Part shown: positions 1 to 8,353 of the stretch, one piece after another
Layout: each line of letters begins with the position of its first letter
Numbering within the stretch: position 1 is the stretch's first letter
Virus genome (UHGV): UHGV-0305805
Reading direction: 5' to 3' (one strand)
DNA length: 14,115 nt
Origin: a virus
Notes under the pieces: generated by a model
What the model saw: only the letters and a program-made list of their open reading frames with translations
Database searches by the model: none
Told to the model about the DNA's origin: nothing
Position numbers and translations under genes: made by a program

Positions 1-133
1 AACAGCATACAGAAGGGGCTTAAAAGCCCCTTTAGTGTTTTATGGGTGAAAAAATTATGAAGAGTATGGAAATCCGGTCATCGGAAATCACTACCAGCGG
101 AGCCGGTACGCTGACGGGCTACGTTGTTCGCTG
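1..133. repeat. Inverted repeat, left copy: exact reverse complement of 3003-3135
   Basis: Base-by-base comparison: 1-133 equals the reverse complement of 3003-3135, and identity stops at 134 (g versus t). It contains the palindromic hairpin GGGGCTTAAAAGCCCC (14-29) plus T-rich tract, and the first ~30 codons of the protease gene. Confidence 0.9.
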
Positions 134-614
134 GGATAAGCTTTCAGAACTGCTATGGGGGGAGTTTTACGAAAAATTCCAGCGGGGGGCGTTTACTGAG
201 TGGCTTGCGGCGGGTAATGACGTTCGCGGCCTGTATGAGCATGACCACAGCATGTTACTGGGGCGCACCCGTTCCGGCACGCTGAAACTGGAAGAGGACG
301 AAACAGGGTTACGCTTTGAACTGACCCCACCGGATACCAGTACAGGGCGCGACGTTATCGAACTGGTTAAGCGTGGGGACATCTCGGGGATGAGCTTTGG
401 CTTTCGCTCCCGTAAGGATGTATGGGATACCACAACAGATCCATGCGTGCGCACCGTGCTGGTGGCGGAACTGTACGAAATTACCGTTACATCGGTACCG
501 GCTTACCCCGATTCCGGCGTGGAGCTGGCCCGCCGTTCCCTGTATGAGCAGCACCCCGAAAAAATGCCGCGTGCGGATAATCGCCGCTGGTGGGTGGATT
601 TAGCGGGGGTGTGA
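42..614 (+). CDS. Prohead maturation protease, HK97 / S78 family
   Basis: 190-aa ORF with the conserved histidine context LYEHDHSMLLGRT and serine context DISGMSFGF typical of this protease family. Stop overlaps the portal start region. A likelier start is ATG at 57, preceded by GGGTGA. Confidence 0.85.
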   Translation: MGEKIMKSMEIRSSEITTSGAGTLTGYVVRWDKLSELLWGEFYEKFQRGAFTEWLAAGNDVRGLYEHDHSMLLGRTRSGTLKLEEDETGLRFELTPPDTSTGRDVIELVKRGDISGMSFGFRSRKDVWDTTTDPCVRTVLVAELYEITVTSVPAYPDSGVELARRSLYEQHPEKMPRADNRRWWVDLAGV

Positions 615-615
615 T

Positions 616-1827
616 ATGTGGCCTTTCAGAAGAAAAAAAGAGCAGCGCAGCATGACGCTGGATGAATTTATGGCGCTGGCTGGCACATCGAACACGGGGG
701 CGGGTGAGTACGTATCATCGGGGACAGCGGAATCACTGCCCGCCGTCATGAACGCCGTGACGGTCATCTCTGAGGCGGTGGCTACCATGCCGTGTTACCT
801 GTACCTGGTACGCAATGAGAAGGGGAAGGAGGCCCGCGAGTGGCTTGATTCTCATCCGGTCGATCACATCCTCAACGAGCGCCCGAACGCATGGCAAACC
901 CCCTACCAGTTTAAGCGAATGATGATCCGCCACTGCCTGTTAAACGGTAATGCTTATGCGGTGATTCAGTGGGGGCGTGATGGTTTTCCGGCGGCTTTAC
1001 ATCCTTACCCGCCGCAGTCGGTGAACGTGGAGCAGACAGGCGAACACAACTGGCGCTACTGCATCACTGACGCCTACACCGGAAACACCCGCAACTATTT
1101 ACCGTGGGAAGTACTTCACCTTCGTTACTCCACGGATGACGGCTTTATGGGGCGCTCACCTGTAACCATCTGCCGCGAATCGCTGGGGCTTGGGCTGGCC
1201 CAACAACGCCACGGCGCGAGCGTGATGCGTGATGGCATGATGGCGGCAGGGGTTATCACGTCAGGCGAATGGCTGGACGGCGTGAAGGGCAAACAGGCAT
1301 TAGCCGCACTGGAACGCTACAAAGGGGCCAGAAACGCCGGAAAAACGCCCATCCTTGAAGGGGGTATGAGCTATCAGCAGCTGGGCATGAGTAATCAGGA
1401 TGCTGAATGGCTGGCCTCCCGTCGCTTCACCATTGAAGACATCGCCCGAATGTTCAACGTCTCGCCGATTTTTTTGCAGGAATACAGCAACAGCACCTAC
1501 AGCAATTTCAGCGAGGCAAGCCGCGCATTTCTCACCATGACGATGCGCCCGTGGCTGGCGAACTTTGAGCAGCAGATAAAAAACGCCCTGCTGGTGGCCT
1601 CGCCTGTACCTGGTATCCGGTATCAGGTGGAGTTTGACAGCGCGGACCTGTTACGGGCCACACCTGGCGAACGCTTTGCCACCTATGAGCGCGGCATCAA
1701 ATCCGGCGTTATGTGTCCGAACGAAGCCCGCGAACGTGAAGGTCTGTCACCGCGTGATGGTGGTGATGAGTTCAGCCAGGCATGGAAACAGGAAGTAAAA
1801 ATCAGCGAGGGAGAAAAACCGGAATGA
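616..1827 (+). CDS. Phage portal protein (HK97-family-like)
   Basis: 403-aa ORF immediately after the protease and followed by head-completion genes; size and position fit a portal. Its stop overlaps the next start (ATGA). Confidence 0.75.
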   Translation: MWPFRRKKEQRSMTLDEFMALAGTSNTGAGEYVSSGTAESLPAVMNAVTVISEAVATMPCYLYLVRNEKGKEAREWLDSHPVDHILNERPNAWQTPYQFKRMMIRHCLLNGNAYAVIQWGRDGFPAALHPYPPQSVNVEQTGEHNWRYCITDAYTGNTRNYLPWEVLHLRYSTDDGFMGRSPVTICRESLGLGLAQQRHGASVMRDGMMAAGVITSGEWLDGVKGKQALAALERYKGARNAGKTPILEGGMSYQQLGMSNQDAEWLASRRFTIEDIARMFNVSPIFLQEYSNSTYSNFSEASRAFLTMTMRPWLANFEQQIKNALLVASPVPGIRYQVEFDSADLLRATPGERFATYERGIKSGVMCPNEAREREGLSPRDGGDEFSQAWKQEVKISEGEKPE

Positions 1828-2162
1828 ACATAGGGCGACTGCGTGACAGGATAACGATTCAGACCCTGAAACAGACCAGGGATATAACCGGCGAAATACT
1901 CGAAACGTGGGAGGACGGTCACACACTCTGGGCAAGCGTGAACATGGTCAGCAGCAAGGAGGCCATTTCATCGGGCGCAGAGCTGGCGATTGGTACCGTA
2001 AGGATCTGGATACGGTACCGGAAGGACATCAACGCCACCAGCCGGATAAAGGTCAGTACGGGGCCGCTGGCGGGGCGTGTACTGAATATCATCGGGCAGC
2101 CGCTGCCGGATGCCGCCAGGACACGCCTTGAAATTCTTTGTCGTGAGGGCGCGGAAAAATGA
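1824..2162 (+). CDS. Head closure / head-tail joining protein
   Basis: About 112 aa starting MNIGRLRDRITIQ at an ATGA overlap with the portal stop; contains an IRYRKDI-type motif common in head-tail joining proteins. The ORF track extends it to 1782. Confidence 0.6.
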   Translation: MNIGRLRDRITIQTLKQTRDITGEILETWEDGHTLWASVNMVSSKEAISSGAELAIGTVRIWIRYRKDINATSRIKVSTGPLAGRVLNIIGQPLPDAARTRLEILCREGAEK

Positions 2163-2455
2163 CAGAAGAACTTATCACCCTGGAAGAAGTGAAACTCCAT
2201 TGCCGCATCGATGGCGACGATGAAGACCAGTTAATCAGCGGATACATTGCCGCATCGCTTGAGGCGTGCCAGATACACATAGGCAGGCGCTTTGATGACG
2301 GGCTGGAGTTCACGCCAGCCATAAAGATTGGCTGCATGATGTTTATCGCTCACCTGTATGAAAATCGCCAGATTGTCGCGGATAACGCAAAAACACGCGT
2401 ACCCATGACGATAGGCGCACTCTGGACGGCTTACCGTGATGTGGGGGTGTACTGA
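2159..2455 (+). CDS. Head-tail connector (gp6-like DNA-packaging / connector protein)
   Basis: 98 aa; N-terminal ITLEEVKLHCRIDGDDEDQLI resembles the conserved N-terminus of gp6-type connectors. Translationally coupled on both sides. Confidence 0.65.
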   Translation: MTEELITLEEVKLHCRIDGDDEDQLISGYIAASLEACQIHIGRRFDDGLEFTPAIKIGCMMFIAHLYENRQIVADNAKTRVPMTIGALWTAYRDVGVY

Positions 2456-2895
2456 TGCCGTGGCAACCATTAAGACGATGCACAGAACCAGGCTGTAACA
2501 GGCGCGTTAAATCCGGCAAGTGTGAGGAGCACAGGCGGGCGGCATGGCGTGCAGAGGATGCCAGACGAGGACACCGCCGCGCGCGTGGATATTCCAGACA
2601 GTGGGACAAATACCGCGCCATGTATCTGAGTAAAAACCCGTTATGCGTGCGATGCCTTGAGAAGGGGATATATACGCCCGCCGTGGTGGTGGATCACATT
2701 ATCCCGATTAATGGCGGTGATGATGTTCTCTTCTGGCCCGAATGGAACCATCAACCATTGTGCCAGGCGTGTCATAACCAGAAAACGAAATGGCTTGATC
2801 CGGCAACAAAAAGCAAGCGTGCCGCAGGTGGATTTCGTGAAGAGGAAGAACGGGCCGCTAACCGCAATAACTGGATGTATGACGCTGATGAATGA
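2455..2895 (+). CDS. HNH endonuclease (packaging-associated)
   Basis: 146 aa with paired cysteine motifs (CTEPGCNRRV, CVRCLEKG) and the catalytic-type region VVDHIIPINGGDD...NHQPLCQACHNQKT. Confidence 0.85.
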   Translation: MPWQPLRRCTEPGCNRRVKSGKCEEHRRAAWRAEDARRGHRRARGYSRQWDKYRAMYLSKNPLCVRCLEKGIYTPAVVVDHIIPINGGDDVLFWPEWNHQPLCQACHNQKTKWLDPATKSKRAAGGFREEEERAANRNNWMYDADE

Positions 2896-3058
2896 GCGGG
2901 AACAAAACCGCCTTATCCGTGGACTTATAAGGCAGCGTGACGCATGGAAGACACAGGAAACAGGGCATAAAGATAAAGCGTCAGGACGCGCAGAACGCAT
3001 CACAGCGAACAACGTAGCCCGTCAGCGTACCGGCTCCGCTGGTAGTGATTTCCGATGA
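2888..3058 (+). CDS. Short ORF (56 aa) whose last 18 codons lie inside the inverted repeat; possible 5' remnant of a disrupted gene downstream of HNH
   Basis: ATG at 2888 overlaps the HNH stop. Codons 1-38 are unique sequence; the remainder is antisense of the protease 5' end supplied by the repeat. The longer 2657-3058 version in the ORF track overlaps HNH out of frame. Confidence 0.2.
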   Translation: MNEREQNRLIRGLIRQRDAWKTQETGHKDKASGRAERITANNVARQRTGSAGSDFR

Positions 3059-3135
3059 CCGGATTTCCATACTCTTCATAATTTTTTCACCCATAAAACA
3101 CTAAAGGGGCTTTTAAGCCCCTTCTGTATGCTGTT
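3003..3135. repeat. Inverted repeat, right copy: exact reverse complement of 1-133
   Basis: Same comparison as the left copy. The repeat ends one base short of the last capsid codon position (capsid stop is the complement of 3134-3136). Confidence 0.9.
3091..3121 (-). terminator. Intrinsic terminator after the capsid gene
   Basis: GC hairpin GGGGCTTTTAAGCCCC at 3106-3121; on the minus strand it is followed by TTTAGTGTTTT. A second copy sits at 14-39 inside the left repeat. Confidence 0.6.
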
Positions 3136-4291
3136 AATCGTCGTCCTGTGGCAGTTCCAGAATCTTGATCGCGTTCGAATCCACCACGCCACCGCCTAAA
3201 TATTTCTGCGTGAAAATTTTGATGAAGCCCGGCTCTGTGAGGTTGTCCGGTCTGGTGCGAACACCTGTTTCGTGATCAACAATGTAGTAACCGCGTTTGA
3301 AGTCACCCAGGGCAATAACGTTATCCGGCATAAACTCCAGATATTCGACCGGAAGGCCCAGTAACGTATCAGGATCACCCGCCTGTAAACGGTCGCGCCA
3401 GATGTAATCACCGTTCGCGTTCTTCACCTTCTGAAGTTTTGCCGCCGTCGTGGAGTTAACCACCCAGACCGCGTTTTTGCGGTATTTTTTACGTAATGCA
3501 AATTTCAGGTCGATCAGCGGGTCCGCAGATGTCCACGCCAGAGATTCGGAAGGTTTAATTACCTGCAACGTACCAAAATCACGCTCTTTGTCGTTCTTCT
3601 CTGCACGGGGTACGGATAAAAAGCCTTTTGCTTTTTTGTCACCGTCGCCCACAACCAGATCGCTTTCTTCGGTTTCCGTGAAGTTGTCGCCAATCTCGCC
3701 CGTCAGCCATGAAAGGATGTCCACATCGGAAAAATCCACGATTTCCTGCGTGGTGCGCGGGTACGCATAGACCGGATACAGCTTAATGCTCACCTCGTTA
3801 ATCTGCGGGGTGCTGGTCTGTTCGCGTGCCTTACCCTCTTCACCGTGGTTAACGGTCGCACCGCCAGCGGAAACAAGCTGCTTAAACTCGTTGCTGCTGA
3901 TTTTCTTCACGGTACAGATGCGGCGCATGGTGGATTCATCCGTCAGCATTCGCATGATTTCGGTGTTCAGTTCGGGGATAACGGTATAACCACCATCAGC
4001 GGGAACGCCTGTACTTAATGCGCGGGTTTCACCTGTCAGAATGTAGTGACGTAGTTCGGCTGGGTCAGTGGTCTGACTGCTTTTACCTGGCTTGCTGCGC
4101 TCTTCGTCTGCAATGGCTTCAAGGCGGGAAATGTCTTTATCGAGGGATTCAGCTTTAGCGCGTAATTCGTCAAATTTTGCGCCCTCAGCATCGTTAAGAC
4201 TGCGGTTTTCTTTTTCCGCGTTCTCCAGCATGTCGCGCATCTGATTTTTAATGGCGGTTTTCTGCTGGCGTAATTCGATTATTCTCGGCAT
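3134..4291 (-). CDS. Major capsid protein, HK97 fold, with an N-terminal coiled-coil (scaffold-like) domain
   Basis: 385 aa. The first ~70 residues are charged and heptad-like (ELRQQKTAIKNQMRDMLENAEKENRSL...), followed by a capsid-like body. Confidence 0.85.
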   Translation of the reverse strand: MPRIIELRQQKTAIKNQMRDMLENAEKENRSLNDAEGAKFDELRAKAESLDKDISRLEAIADEERSKPGKSSQTTDPAELRHYILTGETRALSTGVPADGGYTVIPELNTEIMRMLTDESTMRRICTVKKISSNEFKQLVSAGGATVNHGEEGKAREQTSTPQINEVSIKLYPVYAYPRTTQEIVDFSDVDILSWLTGEIGDNFTETEESDLVVGDGDKKAKGFLSVPRAEKNDKERDFGTLQVIKPSESLAWTSADPLIDLKFALRKKYRKNAVWVVNSTTAAKLQKVKNANGDYIWRDRLQAGDPDTLLGLPVEYLEFMPDNVIALGDFKRGYYIVDHETGVRTRPDNLTEPGFIKIFTQKYLGGGVVDSNAIKILELPQDDD

Positions 4292-4328
4292 AAAAAAAGT
4301 CCTGGGGTTAAGTAAGGAACTCCAGGAC
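4292..4328 (-). terminator. Leader hairpin plus U7 tract directly abutting the capsid start codon; the Shine-Dalgarno lies in the 3' arm
   Basis: Minus-strand RNA reads GUCCUGG...CCAGGAC then UUUUUUU then AUG. Stem 4299-4305 pairs with 4322-4328 and can extend by about 3 more pairs; AGGA is inside the 3' arm. Confidence 0.5.
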
Positions 4329-4503
4329 GCGGCAAAAACTCAACCGTTTTTCATAAGGAAATCAGCAATCGCACCGATCGTTTTCCCGCCTGGTAATGAA
4401 TATTGGCGAGAACATTAACAGGCGGAAAAGTGGCCCCAGCGTCCTGGCACCACGGGCGAGAATAATCATGATTCAGTTCGGGTAAAATATGCCGATCCGC
4501 TCA

Positions 4504-4532
4504 GTGAACAACGTGGAACAACCACGAACAAA
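4504..4532. promoter_or_regulatory. Phased GAACAA hexamers (x3, 10-bp spacing) including CAACGTGGAACAA; upstream of the capsid gene
   Basis: GAACAA at 4506, 4516 and 4526; the 13-mer CAACGTGGAACAA at 4509-4521. Confidence 0.4.
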
Positions 4533-4540
4533 TAATTTAC

Positions 4541-4572
4541 AAAACATGACAAAAAGCCGGATTGCTCCGGCT
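4541..4572 (-). terminator. Intrinsic terminator after the PerC-like gene
   Basis: Minus strand: AGCCGG-agcaat-CCGGCT followed by TTTTTGTCATGTTTT. Confidence 0.6.
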
Positions 4573-4578
4573 GTGTGA

Positions 4579-4860
4579 TTATCTGTCCTGGTAATTTCGC
4601 CATATTTCATTACCAGCACCATCCATACCCATTTCGGCATAAGTGCGATCGACCGCCTTTTTCAGGTCTCCGTAGTTATCCGGCGGCTCCGGTGGCCTCT
4701 GTGCCTTCCTGGAACATTCCAGCCGTCGCATCGTGATGTGATGCCGTTCCTTGTCTGTCTCCACCAGTTGCATGACTTCACCCCATCGCGCCGACGCTCT
4801 CCGGTAAAAGCCTTTCGCCTCCAGTTCTTCCGCTATGCGGTCATGTACCATCGTCCCCAC
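4579..4860 (-). CDS. Small regulator, PerC / ANR-like (tentative)
   Basis: 93 aa; the segment AEELEAKGFYRRASARWGEVM resembles the motif I recall for PerC/ANR-family small regulators. This is from memory and was not searched. Confidence 0.5.
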   Translation of the reverse strand: MGTMVHDRIAEELEAKGFYRRASARWGEVMQLVETDKERHHITMRRLECSRKAQRPPEPPDNYGDLKKAVDRTYAEMGMDGAGNEIWRNYQDR

Positions 4861-4863
4861 CCC

Positions 4864-5274
4864 TCAGAACGGAATATCATCACCGTAAGGGTCATCGCCT
4901 CCCGCTGGTGGCTGATTACCCTGTGTGCCTGTGGTCTTGCGTCGGCTCCCACCAGGACGTGCCGCACGGGCACTGATTACGCTGTCTGCAATAACCTGAT
5001 AACCCTGCCGCGTTTCCCCGTTCTGTCCGGTCCACTGGCTGACCTGCATCGTGCCGGATACGCTGGCAACGTCGCCTTTTTGATGTTTAGCCAGGAAGTC
5101 GGCCTGCTTACCAAATGCGATGACCGATAGCCATAACGTCGCCTGTCCATCCTGTGCCTGGCTGCATGGCAGCGATACCGCCATACGCGCCAGCGTCATC
5201 GGTGTACCCTTGCTGGTCTGTTTTACCTGCGGGTCGTCCACCAGCCGCCCGTAAGCTGCTATCTGTGCTGTCAT
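4864..5274 (-). CDS. ssb: Single-stranded DNA-binding protein
   Basis: 136 aa; Gly/Pro/Gln-rich linker and an acidic C-terminal tail ending DDIPF, the hallmark SSB tip. Confidence 0.8.
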   Translation of the reverse strand: MTAQIAAYGRLVDDPQVKQTSKGTPMTLARMAVSLPCSQAQDGQATLWLSVIAFGKQADFLAKHQKGDVASVSGTMQVSQWTGQNGETRQGYQVIADSVISARAARPGGSRRKTTGTQGNQPPAGGDDPYGDDIPF

Positions 5275-5549
5275 GATTCCACCTCTCCGGTTTTAACGTT
5301 GATGGTTGTTACCTGTTCCGCTTCGGCAATCTCCCGCTCTGTCAGCGTGGCAAAATTTGCCGCCGTCGTGGTCATGAATGCGCTTATCAGTTCGGGATGT
5401 GCTTTCGCGTATCCTTCCCCCGCGTGGCGGTCTATCGTTCTGATTGCCACCTTTAAAGCGTGCTCTGTCATGTCTAACGCGCGATATTTCGGTTCTGTTC
5501 TGTCTCTGCGTTTTTTGAGTGATTTATTAAATTTCCCTGAAGTGTGCAT
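5271..5549 (-). CDS. Hypothetical protein (92 aa)
   Basis: ORF between the origin iterons and ssb; its stop overlaps the ssb start (ATGA). Weak ribosome-binding site. Confidence 0.45.
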   Translation of the reverse strand: MHTSGKFNKSLKKRRDRTEPKYRALDMTEHALKVAIRTIDRHAGEGYAKAHPELISAFMTTTAANFATLTEREIAEAEQVTTINVKTGEVES

Positions 5550-5597
5550 ATTTATTTTTACCCCCTCGTTTAAAAAGTTTTGAGTTGTGCCTCCCCT

Positions 5598-5824
5598 TGT
5601 CTACCTTATCTACCTTAGTGGCCCTCATACCAGTAATGGCGCGGCTTTCAGCGGGGTAGAGTGCTTTTATCCACTATCTACCCCGTGTCTACCTCCCTGT
5701 CTGATTCAGGTAAAATCAGGTAGAGAGGGTAGATAGTGGGTAGACAGTAAAAAAAGGTTATCTACCTAACTTAATGCACTGAATTAAATGTATTTTTCTT
5801 TACTCAGGTAGACAGGGTAGACAG
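5598..5824. repeat. Iteron array, putative origin of replication (GGTAGACAG family, both orientations, with an AT-rich tract)
   Basis: At least 11 copies of GGTAGA[C/G/T]AG or its complement at 5598-5614, 5653-5661, 5674-5693, 5719-5747 (three in tandem), 5758-5766 and 5807-5824 (two in tandem). AT-rich stretch at 5770-5805. Immediately downstream of the primase gene. Confidence 0.75.
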
Positions 5825-5837
5825 CAATTACAAAAAA

Positions 5838-7592
5838 TTATAAAAACGCGTCGCACTCGTCTGTTGTTATTGCGTTAGTCTGCGTTACTCCCTTAACTTT
5901 CCGCGTAATATATTCATGTCCGTAAACTTTCGCGGCTGGCTTCATAGCCTTGCCAAAGTCATTTACGTTTAGCGGTTTGCTCCTGCCTGCGTACGCCATA
6001 AACGCCAGATAGACGCGGTAAAGGCTGTTTCTGGTCGTGTACTTCACTGAATCGCCACCGCCGCCCATCATCAGGCCGCGTGCTTCCTCCAGAAAATTCA
6101 GGAACTGGCAAAACTCAATAACCGGATCCGTCTGTTGCTTTATTGCCAGAGCTTCATCACCGTCACGCTGTTCCAGTAGTAAAGCCCGTGCCTTCTCAGG
6201 GTCGGTAAAGTTCGCCAGCAATCGGCGGATAATGACAGGGATTTCAGCCGCGATCTTTTCCGGTAGCTCCCTGTCTTTTTCGGCCTCACTGACGATATTG
6301 TCGAAACGGAAAATCACGCGACGACGTGCCACACCTCCGGCCCGTTCGGTGAATATCATCGGGTTATTGTTGGTCGCCAGCACCACCGCCCTGATTACCG
6401 CCGTGAAACGCTTTTCGTATTTCGGGTTAATTTCCACGGGGTCACCGCCCGTGATTTTCTTGATGCCCGTTCCTTCGCCTGTATATTTCGGCTGGTCAGC
6501 CAGGACGATAAGACGACTCCCGACAACCTGCGCACGTCCACCAGCATCATCAAGCGATGTCATTTCAGCGCTTACCGTGTTCTGTTTCCCTGCCAGAAGG
6601 CTGGCTATGTGTGTGAATGTACTTTTACCGCTCCCGCCGTCTCCGGTGGCCTCAATAAACATCTGCCAGTCGTACCGGTTCGCCATAATCATGTACAGCG
6701 CGGCACATATACGCATCATCTTGCGCGGGTCTTTTCCGGCTGCGTGCTCAAGCCATTTATGAAAGTTTGGCGCGTTATCGCGGATGTTCTCCCCTGGTGC
6801 TGGTGGCGTGTACTCAATGCCGTTGTGCGTGGTGATCCAGTTCTCCGGCGTGTGCGGGGAAAATTCCCCCGTTTTCAGGTCAAGCGCACCATTGGCGAAC
6901 GGCAACAAATCGCCGGACGGCTCGCCCATTGGTTCGGCAATAACTTTTAACGCTTCCACGGCGTTATTGATTACGCGCTTGCTGAAAGTGGCCCTGTGCT
7001 CTGAATAGATCGCCACCATTTCGCGGCTAAGTTCCATTGTGCTGACCGGACACCATACCCCGCCGCGCCATACGTGAACGATTTCACTTTCAGGATGTAC
7101 GCAAACGCCATCAAAGCGATCGGCAAGCAGCTGCGCGCGCTCACTGTCCGCCATCTGCGAAAGTTGCGCCTTTTGCTTTACCGGAAGCTCAATGACCAGA
7201 CCATCAGAAAGATTCTGGCGCTCACGGGCCAGATATTCGCGCCAGTTCTCCACCTTCTGACCGTGCATACCATCAGGGTAAAAATTTGCATCCTGTACGC
7301 CTGCCGCCGCCAGCTTCTGACCAATCGCCTTTATCATTACTGGCGCAAGATATCCGGCCCTGAATATGCGCACGGATTTTCTGCCTTCCGGCACAATTTG
7401 CAGCTTATCCAGTTCGGATAACTGCTGCTCCCCAAGCCACACAGGAGGCTCATTATCTCCGGCCATACGCGCGTCATGTTCCTGCCATTGTTTTGCGTGT
7501 GACCAGGCATCACTACCCGCAAAAATAATGACTTCTGTTTCTTTGTGTTTTATGCCGCGTGACTGCTGTTTTACGTTCGGTGCCAGTTTCAT
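5838..7592 (-). CDS. Primase / replicative helicase, P4-alpha-like
   Basis: 584 aa; Walker A GDGGSGKST and Walker B-like LIVLADQP in the C-terminal half, with a primase-like N-terminal half. Start overlaps the upstream ORF stop (ATGA). Confidence 0.85.
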   Translation of the reverse strand: MKLAPNVKQQSRGIKHKETEVIIFAGSDAWSHAKQWQEHDARMAGDNEPPVWLGEQQLSELDKLQIVPEGRKSVRIFRAGYLAPVMIKAIGQKLAAAGVQDANFYPDGMHGQKVENWREYLARERQNLSDGLVIELPVKQKAQLSQMADSERAQLLADRFDGVCVHPESEIVHVWRGGVWCPVSTMELSREMVAIYSEHRATFSKRVINNAVEALKVIAEPMGEPSGDLLPFANGALDLKTGEFSPHTPENWITTHNGIEYTPPAPGENIRDNAPNFHKWLEHAAGKDPRKMMRICAALYMIMANRYDWQMFIEATGDGGSGKSTFTHIASLLAGKQNTVSAEMTSLDDAGGRAQVVGSRLIVLADQPKYTGEGTGIKKITGGDPVEINPKYEKRFTAVIRAVVLATNNNPMIFTERAGGVARRRVIFRFDNIVSEAEKDRELPEKIAAEIPVIIRRLLANFTDPEKARALLLEQRDGDEALAIKQQTDPVIEFCQFLNFLEEARGLMMGGGGDSVKYTTRNSLYRVYLAFMAYAGRSKPLNVNDFGKAMKPAAKVYGHEYITRKVKGVTQTNAITTDECDAFL

Positions 7593-7888
7593 TTTTTACC
7601 CCTGAATCCGTTAATCATGGTTTTCAGCTTCTGGATGTTTGCCCGTGCCCTGGCGTTGCTGGTGGACACGTTATGCGGCGCGGTCTGTACCAGAGAAAAA
7701 TCACGCCGGAACTGATAAACAGGCATCACGCAATCATATTCGTAACCTTCACGGCGGTAGGTTACGCGCCGTTCTTCCACGCCCTTAATCATTACCGTGC
7801 CGCCGTACTGGTCGCGGTAAATATCGCCGCGCGTAAATTTAGGGTGAGTGTTGCCACTGGCAGTTAAGCCAGAATATTTAAGTTTCAT
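7589..7888 (-). CDS. Hypothetical protein (99 aa), translationally coupled to the primase
   Basis: ATG at 7886-7888; stop overlaps the primase start. Confidence 0.55.
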   Translation of the reverse strand: MKLKYSGLTASGNTHPKFTRGDIYRDQYGGTVMIKGVEERRVTYRREGYEYDCVMPVYQFRRDFSLVQTAPHNVSTSNARARANIQKLKTMINGFRGKK

Positions 7889-7893
7889 TATTT

Positions 7894-8127
7894 TTATTCT
7901 CCGGTGTGCTGTTCTTTATATCTGTCGTGCAATAGATCTATTTCTTGCAGTTCCATTATTACAGGCTCAAGAAGCGTTATTAATGCCGTGGCAATTCTTG
8001 ATTTTTGTTTGTCGCGTTCATTGTCGCCAAGTGTTTCAAGCCATATGCGCAATATTTCCAGCATGTTTTCACTGTGAGAAAGTGCAAGAAATGCGCGGTC
8101 TATTGTTTCGTGGTAAATATCACGCAT
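7894..8127 (-). CDS. Hypothetical protein (77 aa)
   Basis: ATG with GAGGA upstream; overlaps the stop of the upstream ORF by 8 nt. Confidence 0.55.
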   Translation of the reverse strand: MRDIYHETIDRAFLALSHSENMLEILRIWLETLGDNERDKQKSRIATALITLLEPVIMELQEIDLLHDRYKEQHTGE

Positions 8128-8353
8128 GGCTTACATCCTCAGGAAATTTTCTTCTATAACGCGCCTCTGCCACATATTCCGCATAATCGGCGGCGATATT
8201 CAGTACATCAAGCCCCGTTGATTTATATTCTCTCGTGGAAAGTAAGAAAAAAGCCGCTCTAATAAGTTCTGGCATTGACGAAAGCGCATCAGCCGCATCA
8301 TCAGGAACGCCGGAAAATTCCTGTTTCAGGGAATTAAAACGATCATCACGCAT
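8120..8353 (-). CDS. Hypothetical protein (77 aa)
   Basis: ATG with GGGGGG upstream; 8-nt overlap with the upstream ORF. Confidence 0.55.
   Translation of the reverse strand: MRDDRFNSLKQEFSGVPDDAADALSSMPELIRAAFFLLSTREYKSTGLDVLNIAADYAEYVAEARYRRKFPEDVSHA

Noticed and set aside
2657-3058. 133-aa plus-strand ORF overlapping HNH
   Set aside because: Its first ~77 codons overlap the HNH gene out of frame and it is tryptophan/arginine-rich. Only the part from ATG 2888 is kept, as a low-confidence truncated ORF.
6037-7605. Plus-strand ORFs 6037-6762, 6609-6950, 6784-7008, 7074-7421 and 7366-7605
   Set aside because: All are antisense to the well-supported primase/helicase and are serine/arginine/cysteine-rich, which is typical of shadow ORFs.
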